The translations under genes and the position numbers were made by a program. A stretch of DNA of 64,000 nucleotides, taken from the NCBI GenBank assembly GCA_902798705.1, contig CADBXS010000004.1, forward strand, positions 1,350 to 65,349, in the 5' to 3' direction. Below, one piece after another: positions 1 through 10,438 of this stretch (its first letter is position 1; each line of letters begins with the position of its first letter). The stretch comes from an uncultured Bacteroidales bacterium (GTDB lineage: Bacteria; Bacteroidota; Bacteroidia; Bacteroidales; Bacteroidaceae). The notes beneath the pieces were generated by a model that did no database searches, was not told the origin of the DNA, and was given only the letters and a program-made list of their open reading frames with translations.

Positions 1-439
1 TGGTACCATTGACTTCTGTCCACTCATAATAACACTTAGTTGCCAGTTCCTGTATCTGTTCGAATGATGGCATTTGCCAATAACCACCCCACTTCACATG
101 GGCAACATCGTATTCTGTGCCACAAATAGTAAGTCCTATATCAATATAAGAATTCTGTGAACCATTGCTATAGATGTAGTTTTTCCAGTCATATCCTTCG
201 CTTTTCTCTTCCGTTTCTCCCCAAGCATAATAACCACCAGAACCCTCTGGAGCGGTCGCACCCACATTGCAGCAAGCCCACAACGTGCCTGAAGTCAAGC
301 CAAGGTTAATGAGATGGGGGTGGTGGTTGTCTGGACACGATAGATAAGATTCTCTTTGCTCAGGCTCTTCGTTATCATCATGACAAGCCGTCAGTCCTAT
401 AAAAACAGGAACAAGAAACAAATACCAATACTTTTTCAT
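1..439 (-). CDS. Lipoprotein, 3' part beyond the window edge; Fib_succ_major/DUF1566-like domain
   Basis: My own translation from the ATG at 437-439 gives MKKYWYLFLVPVFIGLTAC (lipobox LTAC), then GTLWACCNVGA..GGYYAWGE..WGGYWQMPSFEQIQELATKC. It runs off the left edge, so it is absent from the ORF track. Confidence 0.55.
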   Translation of the reverse strand, partial: MKKYWYLFLVPVFIGLTACHDDNEEPEQRESYLSCPDNHHPHLINLGLTSGTLWACCNVGATAPEGSGGYYAWGETEEKSEGYDWKNYIYSNGSQNSYIDIGLTICGTEYDVAHVKWGGYWQMPSFEQIQELATKCYYEWTEVNGT

Positions 440-538
440 AAACAACTGAATTTTAAATTATTTACTTCTGTTTTTATCTTTAATCTTTTCAATCAGAAAA
501 ATATCTGGGAAATCTGTAGTTCTGATGAATTCAAGCCT

Positions 539-1165
539 CTATTTCAAGCCAATCTTGTAGCCAAAGGTGAATTGGAAGACACAATTTTCAACACGATATT
601 CTTTGAAAACGTGCGTCAAGCCCAAGTTGTAGCGACAATCGAGAACGGCCCTGCCAAAACAGAGGCCAAAGCCCATTGGTATGGACAAATCGAAGTCATT
701 CGTTTGGATATCTACTCTTGAGAAGCTACCACTCAGTTTTTCATTACCAGGGATATCATACTTATCCCGAATCATGAACCCAGGCTGTAAGCCAAGTTTC
801 AGAGCCAAATTCTTTGTGACATAAAAATTTGCCATCACGGGAAAATTGATGTAATCCGTCTTGAATGTTACTTTGTCAATATAGACAGGATAAGTTGCAC
901 CTACATGCACCTTAGCTCCCTGCATGGAATACATGGCAGCAAGCGATGCGCTTAGCCAATGGGTGAATTGGTACTCCAATTCTGCACCAACAGCCAGTCC
1001 TGCACGAAGGTCAGAACTTTGGCCTTTATCAATGAAGCCACTACCTTTGTAATTAGCCAAATTTATTCCCACCTTGGGCTGAACGGTGAACGAACCTACT
1101 TCCTGCTGGGCAAAACCAGTGATGAAACTCACTAAAAAAAGAACTGAGAAAAATAATCGTTTCAT
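539..1165 (-). CDS. Small outer-membrane beta-barrel protein (OMP_b-brl/porin-like)
   Basis: Internal start MKRLFFSVLFLVSFITGFAQQ is a signal peptide. The body shows alternating amphipathic beta-strand patterns and ends in an aromatic-rich strand, FTFGYKIGLK. Confidence 0.7.
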   Translation of the reverse strand: MKRLFFSVLFLVSFITGFAQQEVGSFTVQPKVGINLANYKGSGFIDKGQSSDLRAGLAVGAELEYQFTHWLSASLAAMYSMQGAKVHVGATYPVYIDKVTFKTDYINFPVMANFYVTKNLALKLGLQPGFMIRDKYDIPGNEKLSGSFSRVDIQTNDFDLSIPMGFGLCFGRAVLDCRYNLGLTHVFKEYRVENCVFQFTFGYKIGLK

Positions 1166-1268
1166 ATCGTGATTGTTTATAGAAAGCAAAGTTAGAGAAA
1201 TTAGAACAAACAAGTAAAAAAAAACGGAAATAAAAAATACACATTTTCGAAAAAAATGAAATAAACGG

Positions 1269-1640
1269 CTATCGCACATGTCCATCAAGTTCGCTCAGGT
1301 TCCTCGCGAGTGGCATCGCGCTCCTTGTGCCGAACAGCTTCAGGTTCGCACCTGCCTTGATGTTGGTGACACGCTGGGTGGAAGTGCGAAGCAGGACGGC
1401 TATTTCCTTATTCCTGAAGCCGAGGCGCACAAGGATGCAGGTTCGAAGTTCCTGTAGGCTGAGCTTTTTGCGGTCCTGCAAGGTGTCGGTGAGAAGAGGG
1501 AATCGCTCCAGTGCCAATGTGTCGAGCTGCTCCCAGTTGGCATCAGTGGGCTGAATGGAATGCCAGCTGAATTGCGCCTTGGCATGGAGGAAGGCCACAA
1601 TCCCACCGTCTGGCCTTGTCTTTTCATCATCAATTGCCAT
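1269..1640 (-). CDS. Stand-alone LuxR-type HTH domain protein
   Basis: LSLQELRTCILVRLGFRNKEIAVLLRTSTQRVTNIKAGANLKLFG matches the LuxR/FixJ-type HTH pattern. It is paralogous to the C-terminal ~120 aa of the neighbouring 1816-3732 protein. Confidence 0.6.
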   Translation of the reverse strand: MAIDDEKTRPDGGIVAFLHAKAQFSWHSIQPTDANWEQLDTLALERFPLLTDTLQDRKKLSLQELRTCILVRLGFRNKEIAVLLRTSTQRVTNIKAGANLKLFGTRSAMPLARNLSELDGHVR

Positions 1641-1815
1641 CGTCTGCTTTATTTCTCTTGGTTTGCAGCAAAGTTATGGGAAATAGAAAAGACGGATAGA
1701 AAAAACAGTAGTTAAATTTTACACCTTCTTTACACCTATAGAAGTGCATAGGATGATAAACATTTGAAAGGCAATAAATTATGGAAAACGCAACCGAATA
1801 GCAAAAGAATAAAGG

Positions 1816-3732
1816 CTATTCGATGGAGCAGAGGTTTTTCAAAAGATTGACTGCGTTCGTCTCACCAAAAAGTTTTTGGTTTACCTTGGTCTTGACATTG
1901 GTGATACGCTGAGCCGATGTTTGTAAGAGAAGAGCTATTTCGCTATTGGAGAAATTGAGACGGGTGAGAAGGCAGGTCTGCCATTCCTGTTTGGAAAGTT
2001 GATTATCCTTTCCGATGGTGGCAACGAAGAGAGGGAAAGACTGCTTCATCAACGAATAGAGCTGCTCCCAATCGGTTTCGGTTGGAGTTTGAGAATTTAA
2101 CTTATAGTTTGCCATGTCGCGGAAAGAGGTGACAACACTGCTATGAAGCAAGGCGTGTTCCTTTTCAAAGCTATTCAGTTTCTCATAGCGTTTCTGATAT
2201 TCATGAATCTGTTCGGTCAAACTATCGATTTCTGATTGCTTCTGCTGAAGCAAAAGTTGGTTCTGCTGTTTGAGCGTAGTGAGTTCTTCCGATAGGGCTT
2301 GATAGCGACCATTCAGCTTTTTCCATTCCTGCTCGTTCCATTGCAGGGAATCCCTGTTAGCTTCGTATTCAGACAACTTCAGCTCATATTGCTGCACCTC
2401 TGCTTCCTTCTGATGCAGCAAAATCGTATAGGCTTCTTTCAGTGTCTGCAATTCTCGATGCGCCTTGCCAATCTGTTCTTTTGCCTCCCAATAGTGGGTT
2501 GTGAGGGATTGAATCTCAGCAGCCTTGTTTATTTGATATTGACGGTAACGATGAAAAAAGAAAGTCGCTGCCATCAATGTGAGGATTACTATCAAAATGA
2601 TGATGTGCCTTGCCTTTTCAGCTTCCCGTTCCTTCTTCTCCGCCAGTTGCTGTGCCTTGTTGTAGTTGTAGAGGGCTGATGTCTGAACGACGGCTTGAAT
2701 CCTATTGTGGGCGAAGATGTTATCCAGAGCTGTTTCGCTGAGTGCAGCGAACTTGACGATGGAATCAGCGTTTGGCTTGGCTTGATAGACTAATAGCAAT
2801 CCCCTGTAGGCTTCGTAATCGTAATGGAAAGGCAATAATTTACGGAAATAGTATTCAGCAGAGTCTATTTGATGTATTCCTAAACGATATAATCCCATAC
2901 TGTAGTAATACGATTCGCGATGACCAACAATATCTCCGTTTTCGTCAAACAGTTCTCCCTCCTGCTCGAAAATCTGCATCAGTTCATGGGCTTTGTCATA
3001 TTGATGCCGCATCAGATAAACATAAATAGCATTGTAACAAACACGAGCAGCAGCCACTTTCATTCCATACTGCAAGTATAATTTACGACTTTTTTCTTCC
3101 GTTTTAAGTGCTTGTAGCGTATCACCCTGCATTAAATAATTGGCAGCATTAAATTCAATCCCTCTAATATAATTATAGGTATCATTTGCTTTCCATGCAA
3201 AGTGGCTATATTTTTCCCAGGCTTCCTTTTCTTGTTCAAAAAGAAACTGATGTCGGAAAATCATAGCCATTTGCCCATAGATACTGAAAAGCGTGATGTA
3301 GTCACACGAAGCATCCAATGTGTCTGCACATTCAACCGCTCTATAGTAAGTGTCTATAGCTCGTGGAGCATCTTGCAAGTCACGATAGGCAGAACCAAGC
3401 ATATAGTAGGCTAACATCCTTTCATTGGACTCTCCATTTTTATCATAGTATTGAACGACACGAAGCAGAACAGAGTCGGAAGTGAAAGGAACATCCGTCT
3501 TGTTCATAGATTGCGCCCGCAGAAGTTCATAGCGCATTCGCAACGACTGGGGAAGACGCTCTTTCTCGCCCTCCAACTTGTCAAGCAGGGCATAAGCAGA
3601 ATCAGGATGCTCCTCCATCACAGTCTCTGCCTGTTTGAGAATGTATTTCGTCTCTTTGTGATTGGAACAGGAATAATTGGAAACTATAATGAGAACGAAA
3701 CATATATAATTCAAAACTGCTATCTTTTTCAT
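1816..3732 (-). CDS. TPR-repeat / coiled-coil membrane protein with a C-terminal LuxR-type HTH
   Basis: The likely start is MKKIAVLNYICFVLIIVSNYSC. TPR-like repeats are followed by a TM segment (IIILIVILTLMAATFFF), a Q/E-rich coiled coil and LSKQEWQTCLLTRLNFSNSEIALLLQTSAQRITNVKTKVNQKLFG. Confidence 0.65.
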   Translation of the reverse strand: MKKIAVLNYICFVLIIVSNYSCSNHKETKYILKQAETVMEEHPDSAYALLDKLEGEKERLPQSLRMRYELLRAQSMNKTDVPFTSDSVLLRVVQYYDKNGESNERMLAYYMLGSAYRDLQDAPRAIDTYYRAVECADTLDASCDYITLFSIYGQMAMIFRHQFLFEQEKEAWEKYSHFAWKANDTYNYIRGIEFNAANYLMQGDTLQALKTEEKSRKLYLQYGMKVAAARVCYNAIYVYLMRHQYDKAHELMQIFEQEGELFDENGDIVGHRESYYYSMGLYRLGIHQIDSAEYYFRKLLPFHYDYEAYRGLLLVYQAKPNADSIVKFAALSETALDNIFAHNRIQAVVQTSALYNYNKAQQLAEKKEREAEKARHIIILIVILTLMAATFFFHRYRQYQINKAAEIQSLTTHYWEAKEQIGKAHRELQTLKEAYTILLHQKEAEVQQYELKLSEYEANRDSLQWNEQEWKKLNGRYQALSEELTTLKQQNQLLLQQKQSEIDSLTEQIHEYQKRYEKLNSFEKEHALLHSSVVTSFRDMANYKLNSQTPTETDWEQLYSLMKQSFPLFVATIGKDNQLSKQEWQTCLLTRLNFSNSEIALLLQTSAQRITNVKTKVNQKLFGETNAVNLLKNLCSIE

Positions 3733-4314
3733 ATCACCTTTTGAAGTTTGCGCAAAGGTAAAAGAAATAAAAGAAAAAAGCGGAAGAAACAATATTTATT
3801 TTTACACTTTCTTTACACCGTGGAAAGAAATGAAGGTGAGTCAATGGAATGGCACGATTTTCAGAAGTGAAACTTCCGTTGAGAACACCAAAAAGCGTTG
3901 AAGGTTCAAATGAATCTCAACAAACGATTGTCACCTTTTCGTTTAAACGCTCAAAGATATCAAAACGAACATTCGTTCTATCAGCGTGAAAGATACATTC
4001 TCCAGCATCGCTTCGGTATCACCGACAAGGACAAGCGCCTGAAGGATGTGCTATTGGAAATGGCGCAAGGGAAAAATGAAGAATGAAATAACGTTTAAAG
4101 TTTAACGTTTAACGAAGTTAGTTGAAAAAACGTGAAGCATGAAGCGACGCCATCCACAAAACAACTATCATTGTTCTAATAATATCCCGAACTGACATCC
4201 ACACATCCTGTTCAGTCAATCCCCGAATGAACTGCGGATAATCCCCTCATGTGCTGAAGATAATCCACTAAGGTACAGCACAAAAATCAATCCAACATAA
4301 TTTGTAGAACCTAC

Positions 4315-6327
4315 CTATAAGGAAAAAACGAGTTTTACGCCTACATCTCGACCCATGTTGTAGATGCCAGCGGATTTGAGGCGATTGAGGTGAGTGACAT
4401 AACTGCGGTCGAAGAGGTTGTGGCAAAAGGCATAGATAGAGAACAACTTTTCTCCACGACGGAGGATGTCCGTACCTGCCGTTACATTAAATAAGGTGTA
4501 GCTTGGTGTTTCTGTTTCCGTTCCATTTACCTTATAGTAATGATTCTGACGCAAATTCACGTCTATCTGCAACTCCACAAACAAATTCCTTAGCCAATGT
4601 TGCTTGCCCTTCAAATCGTAATGGAGTGTGGAAAGCCAGCGAGGAGCGGGAGTCAGTGGCAACCATTCCGCATCTTTATCCACCACATGCAGGCGTTTGC
4701 TATTGACGTAGGAAAAGGCATTTTCCCAATGCATATACTTGAAAGGATGCAGAATCACCGTCGCTTCACCACCAAAAAGACGTGCATCACCTTGTGTGAA
4801 GAGAAACACAGGTACACCCTCCTGCTCACGCCCAGCCTTCTCAGCGTAGATATAGTTGCTGATGCGGTTGAAGAAAAGCGAGAGTTGCGCGGAAAAAACA
4901 TCCGAAGAATAATCAAGTCCTGCATCAAATTGCCAACTGAATTCTGGGTCAAGTTGATGATTGCCAATCTCATAGCGGAACGTACCTTCGTGCACTCCAT
5001 TCGAGCCCAATTCACTGAGATTCGGTGCACGATAACCTCTTGCCACATTCAAGCGCAAGTCGAGATTCTTCTGAAGGTTGTAAATAGCGCCCACACTTCC
5101 CGTCAGTCCACTGAAATTGCGAGAAAATGCCTCGAAACGCTCCTCTAACTGATGGCTGTTGAGATGACGAGTGTCGAAACGCAGTCCTCCGCTCAGGTGC
5201 AGACGGTCAATGAAGGATTTACTTGCCGTGGCAAAAACACCCAAATCAAAGAAACGGTAGGCTGGGATGAGGTATTCCGTTCCTTTGTTTTGCGATTCCT
5301 GCCACATTCCACCCACACCGAGATTCGTTTTCCATCCGCTCCATTCAGGCGATACATAGCGCAGGTCGTAGTTCACCGTCTGCAAAAGGAAATCGAGTCC
5401 ACATGCATCGGGTGTTTCAAATTCCTTGCGACGGTTATGCTGATAACCAATAATCGCCTTCAACTGTCCTTCGCCCAAAAAAATTGAATTGTCGAGCACT
5501 GCCTTGTAGTGATTGATGCGCTGGAAAGGGTGCTCCTCTACTGTTTCCTCATTCTCTTCTCCTTCCTCTTCCCTCTCGCCCACTTCGATGATTCCTGGGC
5601 GAAAATGATAGTAACTCAGTTTCAATCGACTCACACCCCAGTTGCGACTCAATCCAAACATACCGCTGAGTGCCTGTTCACGGAATTGCGAGTTGTCCAC
5701 CGTTCCGTTTCGTGGGTTCTTATACGAATCCGTAGCCTTGTCACTCCATCGCCAGTCCCACAGCCATCCTTTCTGATTGCCAGCAAAATCTACCGTGTAG
5801 CCACGCAAATTACCATTGCTATGATACTCTCCTGCTGCATTCACACGGATGTCACCCTCCATCAGCGCTGGAGCATCGTGAAACACAAGTACACCTGCCA
5901 TCGCATCGGAACCATACATCAGCGAGGCTGGTCCTTTCATGATTTCTACGGAATGTATCGCCTGCCCATCGATTTCCACTCCATGCTCATCGCCCCATTG
6001 CTGTCCTTCCTGGCGCACACCACCATTCACAACCAGCACACGATTATAGCCCAAACCACGAATCACAGGTTTCGAGATGCCATTACCCGTTGTGATTTGT
6101 GACACGCCCGCTTGTTTGGATAAGGCATCAATCACGTTCGTGGAGAAATGGGATTCCAATTCGGTTGCCGACACCGTCGATACTGGTGCAGGAACCTGAT
6201 TCACTCGTTGAGCGCCAGTCACACCTGTCACCATCACTTCGTGCAGGTGTAAACACGTGTCCAGTTGTTGTGCATGGGCCGATACGCTCAAGCACAGCAA
6301 CAGACACGCAATATGTCTTGCTTTCAT
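4315..6327 (-). CDS. TonB-dependent receptor
   Basis: Signal peptide MKARHIACLLLCLSVSAHAQQ. The plug motifs are DALSKQAGV, ISKPVIRGLGYNRVLVVNGGVRQEGQQWGDEHG and IEIMKGPASLMYGSDA. The beta-barrel ends in an aromatic C-terminal strand. Confidence 0.85.
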   Translation of the reverse strand: MKARHIACLLLCLSVSAHAQQLDTCLHLHEVMVTGVTGAQRVNQVPAPVSTVSATELESHFSTNVIDALSKQAGVSQITTGNGISKPVIRGLGYNRVLVVNGGVRQEGQQWGDEHGVEIDGQAIHSVEIMKGPASLMYGSDAMAGVLVFHDAPALMEGDIRVNAAGEYHSNGNLRGYTVDFAGNQKGWLWDWRWSDKATDSYKNPRNGTVDNSQFREQALSGMFGLSRNWGVSRLKLSYYHFRPGIIEVGEREEEGEENEETVEEHPFQRINHYKAVLDNSIFLGEGQLKAIIGYQHNRRKEFETPDACGLDFLLQTVNYDLRYVSPEWSGWKTNLGVGGMWQESQNKGTEYLIPAYRFFDLGVFATASKSFIDRLHLSGGLRFDTRHLNSHQLEERFEAFSRNFSGLTGSVGAIYNLQKNLDLRLNVARGYRAPNLSELGSNGVHEGTFRYEIGNHQLDPEFSWQFDAGLDYSSDVFSAQLSLFFNRISNYIYAEKAGREQEGVPVFLFTQGDARLFGGEATVILHPFKYMHWENAFSYVNSKRLHVVDKDAEWLPLTPAPRWLSTLHYDLKGKQHWLRNLFVELQIDVNLRQNHYYKVNGTETETPSYTLFNVTAGTDILRRGEKLFSIYAFCHNLFDRSYVTHLNRLKSAGIYNMGRDVGVKLVFSL

Positions 6328-6402
6328 AATAATTGCTTGTTCTTGATAAATGAAAATGGGTGATTTCCGAATCATTCAGAAATCACAAAGAATGGTATTT
6401 AT

Positions 6403-6762
6403 CTATTGTTTTTCAGACAAATAGGGCGGCGCTCTTCCGCTCAAGCACATCGTCTTGTTTCCAAATAAAGAAGAATGGTTGGAAACAAGCACACGATGTG
6501 CCATTGAAAAAGCTGTGCCAAGAACGATGAACGCAATTGGAAGGTATGATAAGGCACAGAACTGGCATACCAAGCAATGAGAAAAAGAGAACCCCGATGC
6601 CGACAAATGTCCGTCGTGGTGAATATGCTTCACGCACTCCACACAGGGATTCACCCCACCCTCTGACTCGGGATGGACGTGAATCCAAGTTGTCAATAGC
6701 ACTGACAAGAACACCGCCAAGATCCATTGAGCAACAAGAGTTTGTCGTTTACCAGTTCTCAT
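6403..6762 (-). CDS. Cys/His-rich small membrane protein, directly upstream of the TonB-dependent receptor
   Basis: An N-terminal TM segment is followed by HVHPESEGGVNPCVECVKHIHHDGH and HCLVCQFC, then a second TM segment. It lies 27-75 nt upstream of the receptor gene on the same strand. Confidence 0.5.
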   Translation of the reverse strand: MRTGKRQTLVAQWILAVFLSVLLTTWIHVHPESEGGVNPCVECVKHIHHDGHLSASGFSFSHCLVCQFCALSYLPIAFIVLGTAFSMAHRVLVSNHSSLFGNKTMCLSGRAPPYLSEKQ

Positions 6763-6779
6763 TTCAAATGAAAAGGCAA

Positions 6780-6962
6780 CTATTTGCTTTTATTGTTCTT
6801 CACTACGTTCATGCCAAAATAGAGAAGCGCAATGAAGAAGAACACTACCATTATGTAGGACATGGGGTCACGCATAACGGAAGCCATCCAAATGCTGCCA
6901 ACCAAACAAAGGAAGCAGCAGATGGTGGAGATAATCCAAATGATTCTACTGAACTTATTCAT
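6780..6962 (-). CDS. 60-aa two-TM membrane protein, hypothetical
   Basis: It has two hydrophobic helices and sits between cysS and the Cys/His-rich gene on the same strand. There is no other support. Confidence 0.35.
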   Translation of the reverse strand: MNKFSRIIWIISTICCFLCLVGSIWMASVMRDPMSYIMVVFFFIALLYFGMNVVKNNKSK

Positions 6963-6987
6963 AAGGAATTAAATATAAGGTGGAAAA

Positions 6988-8484
6988 TCACACATTCAGT
7001 TGCCAACTGAAACCATCCTTGGTGGCCTTCACCTCAAAGCCGAGGGCTGCCAGGCGGTCGCGAATGAGGTCGCTCGTTGCCCAGTCCTTGTTGGCTTTGG
7101 CCTTCATGCGCTGTTCGAGGAGCATATCCACCACCTTACCGAAAGCCTCTTCGCGTGCTGCGTTGTTGCCTTCAGCAGAGGATGCTGACTTGCGCAAACC
7201 AAGAATTTCGAAGGCGAAGGTTTCGAACACAGCGGTGAGTGCCTTCAGCACGTCCTCCGAAATCGTCTCTTTCTTGTCGATGATGGAATTGATCGTCTTG
7301 GAAGCTTCGAAGAGGGCGCTGATGACAGTTGGAGTGGAGAAGTCATCATTCATAGCCTCATAGCACTTGTTATGCAAATCCTCCACAAACGCCATCTTCA
7401 CGCTACCGTTGGCCTCAGGCTGAATCTTACCCAGCGCATTATAGGCATCGAGCAGACGCTCCAAACCCTTCTCGGCTGCCTGCAGTGCTTCGTTGCTGAA
7501 ATCCACCGTCGAACGGTAGTGAGCCTGCAAGATGAAGAAACGGATGGTCATTGGCGAATAAGCCTGACTGAGGTTCTTGTTGGTTCCCGCAAAGAATTCA
7601 GGAAGCGTGATGAAATTGCCAAGGCTCTTGCCCATCTTCTGACCATTGATGGTAATCATGTTGTTGTGAATCCAGTATTTCACCATCTGGTCGCCCTGAC
7701 TGGCCACCGCCTGTGCAATTTCGCATTCATGATGAGGGAACACCAAGTCCATGCCTCCACCGTGAATATCAAAGTGGTTGCCAAGGTATTTGCGTCCCAT
7801 TGCCGTACATTCACAATGCCAACCAGGGAAACCATCGCTCCACGGACTTGGCCAGCGCATGATATGCTCTGGCTGTGCCTTCTTCCAGAGGGCGAAATCC
7901 ACCTGATTGCGCTTCTCATCCGTACCGTCGAGGGTACGGGAATTGTTGATGACATCGTTGAGATTGCGTCCCGAAAGGATGCCATAGTGATGGTCGTGGT
8001 TGTACTTCTCCACATCGAAATACACAGAACCCTGACTCTCGTATGCATAACCGTTCTTCAGGATTTCCTCCACCAGTTGGATTTGTTCGATGATGTGTCC
8101 CGTGGCATGAGGTTCGATGCTTGGTGGTAGCACATTCAGCGCATCCATCGCCTCATGGTAGCGGTTCGTGTAGTACTGCGCTACCTCCATAGGTTCCAAC
8201 TGTTCGAGACGTGCCTTCTTTGCAATCTTGTCCTCACCCTCATCAGCATCGTGCTCCAAGTGGCCCACATCGGTGATATTGCGCACATAACGCACTTTGT
8301 AGCCGAGGTGTTTGAGATAGCGGAAGACAATGTCAAAGGTGATGGCAGGACGCGCATGACCTAAGTGTGCATCGCCATAGACGGTGGGGCCACAAACATA
8401 CATACCCACAAAAGGAGCATGAAGTGGTTTGAAGGGTTGCTTCGTACGAGAAAGGCTATTGTAAATGTAAAGTTGATTGTCCAT
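6988..8484 (-). CDS. cysS: Cysteine--tRNA ligase
   Basis: Class I aaRS signatures HLGH (HIGH) and KMGKS (KMSKS). The N-terminus [23 protein letters not shown]-type is typical of CysRS. Confidence 0.95.
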   Translation of the reverse strand: MDNQLYIYNSLSRTKQPFKPLHAPFVGMYVCGPTVYGDAHLGHARPAITFDIVFRYLKHLGYKVRYVRNITDVGHLEHDADEGEDKIAKKARLEQLEPMEVAQYYTNRYHEAMDALNVLPPSIEPHATGHIIEQIQLVEEILKNGYAYESQGSVYFDVEKYNHDHHYGILSGRNLNDVINNSRTLDGTDEKRNQVDFALWKKAQPEHIMRWPSPWSDGFPGWHCECTAMGRKYLGNHFDIHGGGMDLVFPHHECEIAQAVASQGDQMVKYWIHNNMITINGQKMGKSLGNFITLPEFFAGTNKNLSQAYSPMTIRFFILQAHYRSTVDFSNEALQAAEKGLERLLDAYNALGKIQPEANGSVKMAFVEDLHNKCYEAMNDDFSTPTVISALFEASKTINSIIDKKETISEDVLKALTAVFETFAFEILGLRKSASSAEGNNAAREEAFGKVVDMLLEQRMKAKANKDWATSDLIRDRLAALGFEVKATKDGFSWQLNV

Positions 8485-8508
8485 TGGTTTGCTTGAATTA
8501 TGATATAT

Positions 8509-10413
8509 CTACTTGTTCTTTAAATCTTCTTCGATGAATGCAAGGAGGCGGTCCACAGCTTCCGCCTCTGGGATGTTCTTCTCGATACATTCCTTCTGCT
8601 TGTAGAGGCTCACCTTTCCCGCAGCAGCACCCACATAGCCGTAGTCGGCATCTGCCATCTCACCTGGACCATTCACGATGCAGCCCATGATACCAATCTT
8701 GAGGGTGCGGAAACGCGGATTCTCATCGGCCTTGGCCAAAATCGCTGTCTTGATGCGGGCGATGGTATCTTCCAGATTGTAAAGCGTACGGCCACAGCCT
8801 GGACAGGAAATAAACTCCGTCTTAGTGGTGCGGAGTCGTGCTGCCTGCAGAATGCCAAAGGCAATGGCATCCTTGTGCGCATTCGTCACATAACCTTCGT
8901 TGTAGAGATAGAAGCCGTCGATGAGTTGGTCGATGCAGAGAGCACCCATGTCGGCAGCTGCCTTCAGCTGCAGTTCTTCCTTAGAATTGGTTTTATAACC
9001 TTGGAACACCACCACAGGATTCTGCAAATGCTCTGTCCAGAGTTCATGAATCAAGGCACGCAACTCGCCCACCCGATTCTGATGATTGCTCTGTGCAATG
9101 ACCACCACCTCTGGATGGAATTTCAGACAGGCACGTGCCTCATCGTTGAGCGAACCGTATGAGAGGAAAAGGAATTTGAGCGGAGCAGCGCACCGTGACA
9201 CGAACATCATATTCGTGTGGTTGAAAGCTGGATAGGTGTTTTCCTCACCTGTCCATACATTGGCATCCACAATGTAGGCGGTAGCTTCACGCTCTGCCTT
9301 GTCGGGCAACTGCTGCCCTGCATAGATGTAATCGGGCACCACCTTTGTTGGCTGCGTTTCCTTCACACTTTCTTTCAGGAAGCGGTCGGCAACAACCACG
9401 GGCGCGTTCTCACCACCGATATTCAGTACAGCCTTCGTCGGACGACGCTTCGGACAGAAATAGTCGAATTCATCGGACGAAACACCAGGGATGAGCATAT
9501 GGCCTTCCCGCTGCACGATATAGTCACGAAGAGCAATGGCCACAGGGATTTCCGCCTCGGGAGCCTCACTCAGCGAAACACGGATGGTGTCGCCATAGCC
9601 GTCGCTCAACAAGGCACCGATGCCCACAGCCGACTTGATACGTCCGTCTTCACCCTCTCCGGCCTCGGTCACGCCCAAGTGAAGTGGAAACTGCATCCCC
9701 TCTTCCTCCATCTTCTTTACCAACAGGCGAACGGTGCGAACCATAATGACTGTGTTGCTGGCCTTGATGGAAATGACGACATCGCTGAAATGCTCCTTCA
9801 CACAAATGCGAAGGAACTCGAGACACGACTCCACCATACCTTCGGGTGTATCGCCATAGCGCGACATGATGCGGTCAGACAGTGAACCGTGGTTCACGCC
9901 GATGCGCACTGCCGTGTGATGCTCCTTACAGATGTTGAGAAACGGCACGAAACGGGCTTCCAGCTTAGCCAGTTCTTCTGCATATTCAGCATCGGTATAT
10001 TCCAAGTGCTTGAACTTGCGGGCTGGATCCACGTAATTGCCAGGATTCACGCGCACCTTCTCAGCGTAGAGGGCTGCTTCATCAGCCACGTAGGCATTGA
10101 AATGCACGTCGGCTACAAGAGGAACTTGACAGCCACGAGCACGCAGTCCCTCACTGATGTTCTGAAGGTTTTTCGCCTCTTTCACTCCCTGCGTGGTGAG
10201 ACGCACATACTCGCCTCCTGCTTCCACAATGCGAAGAGTCTGAGCAATCGAACCTTCTGTATCCATCGTGGAAGTGTTGGTCATCGACTGCACTCGGATG
10301 GGATTGTCACCACCCAGTGGAGTTTGCCCGATGTGGACCTCATTGGTCGCACGACGCTGGTAGTTGAAGAGCGCATTCCAATTGCCAGTACGAAGGAAAG
10401 AATTCTTTGGCAT
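8509..10413 (-). CDS. ispG: 4-hydroxy-3-methylbut-2-en-1-yl diphosphate synthase, long Bacteroidota-type form
   Basis: The N-terminal TIM-barrel motifs are IGGDNPIRVQSMTNT and VRINPGN-like. A large insert domain is followed by the C-terminal ISCPGCGRT and GCIVNGPGE Fe-S motifs. Confidence 0.93.
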   Translation of the reverse strand: MPKNSFLRTGNWNALFNYQRRATNEVHIGQTPLGGDNPIRVQSMTNTSTMDTEGSIAQTLRIVEAGGEYVRLTTQGVKEAKNLQNISEGLRARGCQVPLVADVHFNAYVADEAALYAEKVRVNPGNYVDPARKFKHLEYTDAEYAEELAKLEARFVPFLNICKEHHTAVRIGVNHGSLSDRIMSRYGDTPEGMVESCLEFLRICVKEHFSDVVISIKASNTVIMVRTVRLLVKKMEEEGMQFPLHLGVTEAGEGEDGRIKSAVGIGALLSDGYGDTIRVSLSEAPEAEIPVAIALRDYIVQREGHMLIPGVSSDEFDYFCPKRRPTKAVLNIGGENAPVVVADRFLKESVKETQPTKVVPDYIYAGQQLPDKAEREATAYIVDANVWTGEENTYPAFNHTNMMFVSRCAAPLKFLFLSYGSLNDEARACLKFHPEVVVIAQSNHQNRVGELRALIHELWTEHLQNPVVVFQGYKTNSKEELQLKAAADMGALCIDQLIDGFYLYNEGYVTNAHKDAIAFGILQAARLRTTKTEFISCPGCGRTLYNLEDTIARIKTAILAKADENPRFRTLKIGIMGCIVNGPGEMADADYGYVGAAAGKVSLYKQKECIEKNIPEAEAVDRLLAFIEEDLKNK

Positions 10414-10438
10414 GAGGGGAATCGGTTTTTATTTATAT

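Noticed and set aside
3898-4086. A 62-aa plus-strand ORF between the HTH regulator and the TonB receptor.
   Set aside because: It has a non-ATG start, no promoter box, no recognisable motif and a basic low-complexity composition. The support is insufficient.
6413-6727. An alternative-frame 104-aa ORF overlapping the Cys/His-rich gene.
   Set aside because: It lies on the same strand and overlaps the longer ORF, which has TM segments and clustered Cys/His motifs. Only one of the two can be real, and the 119-aa frame is the more plausible.
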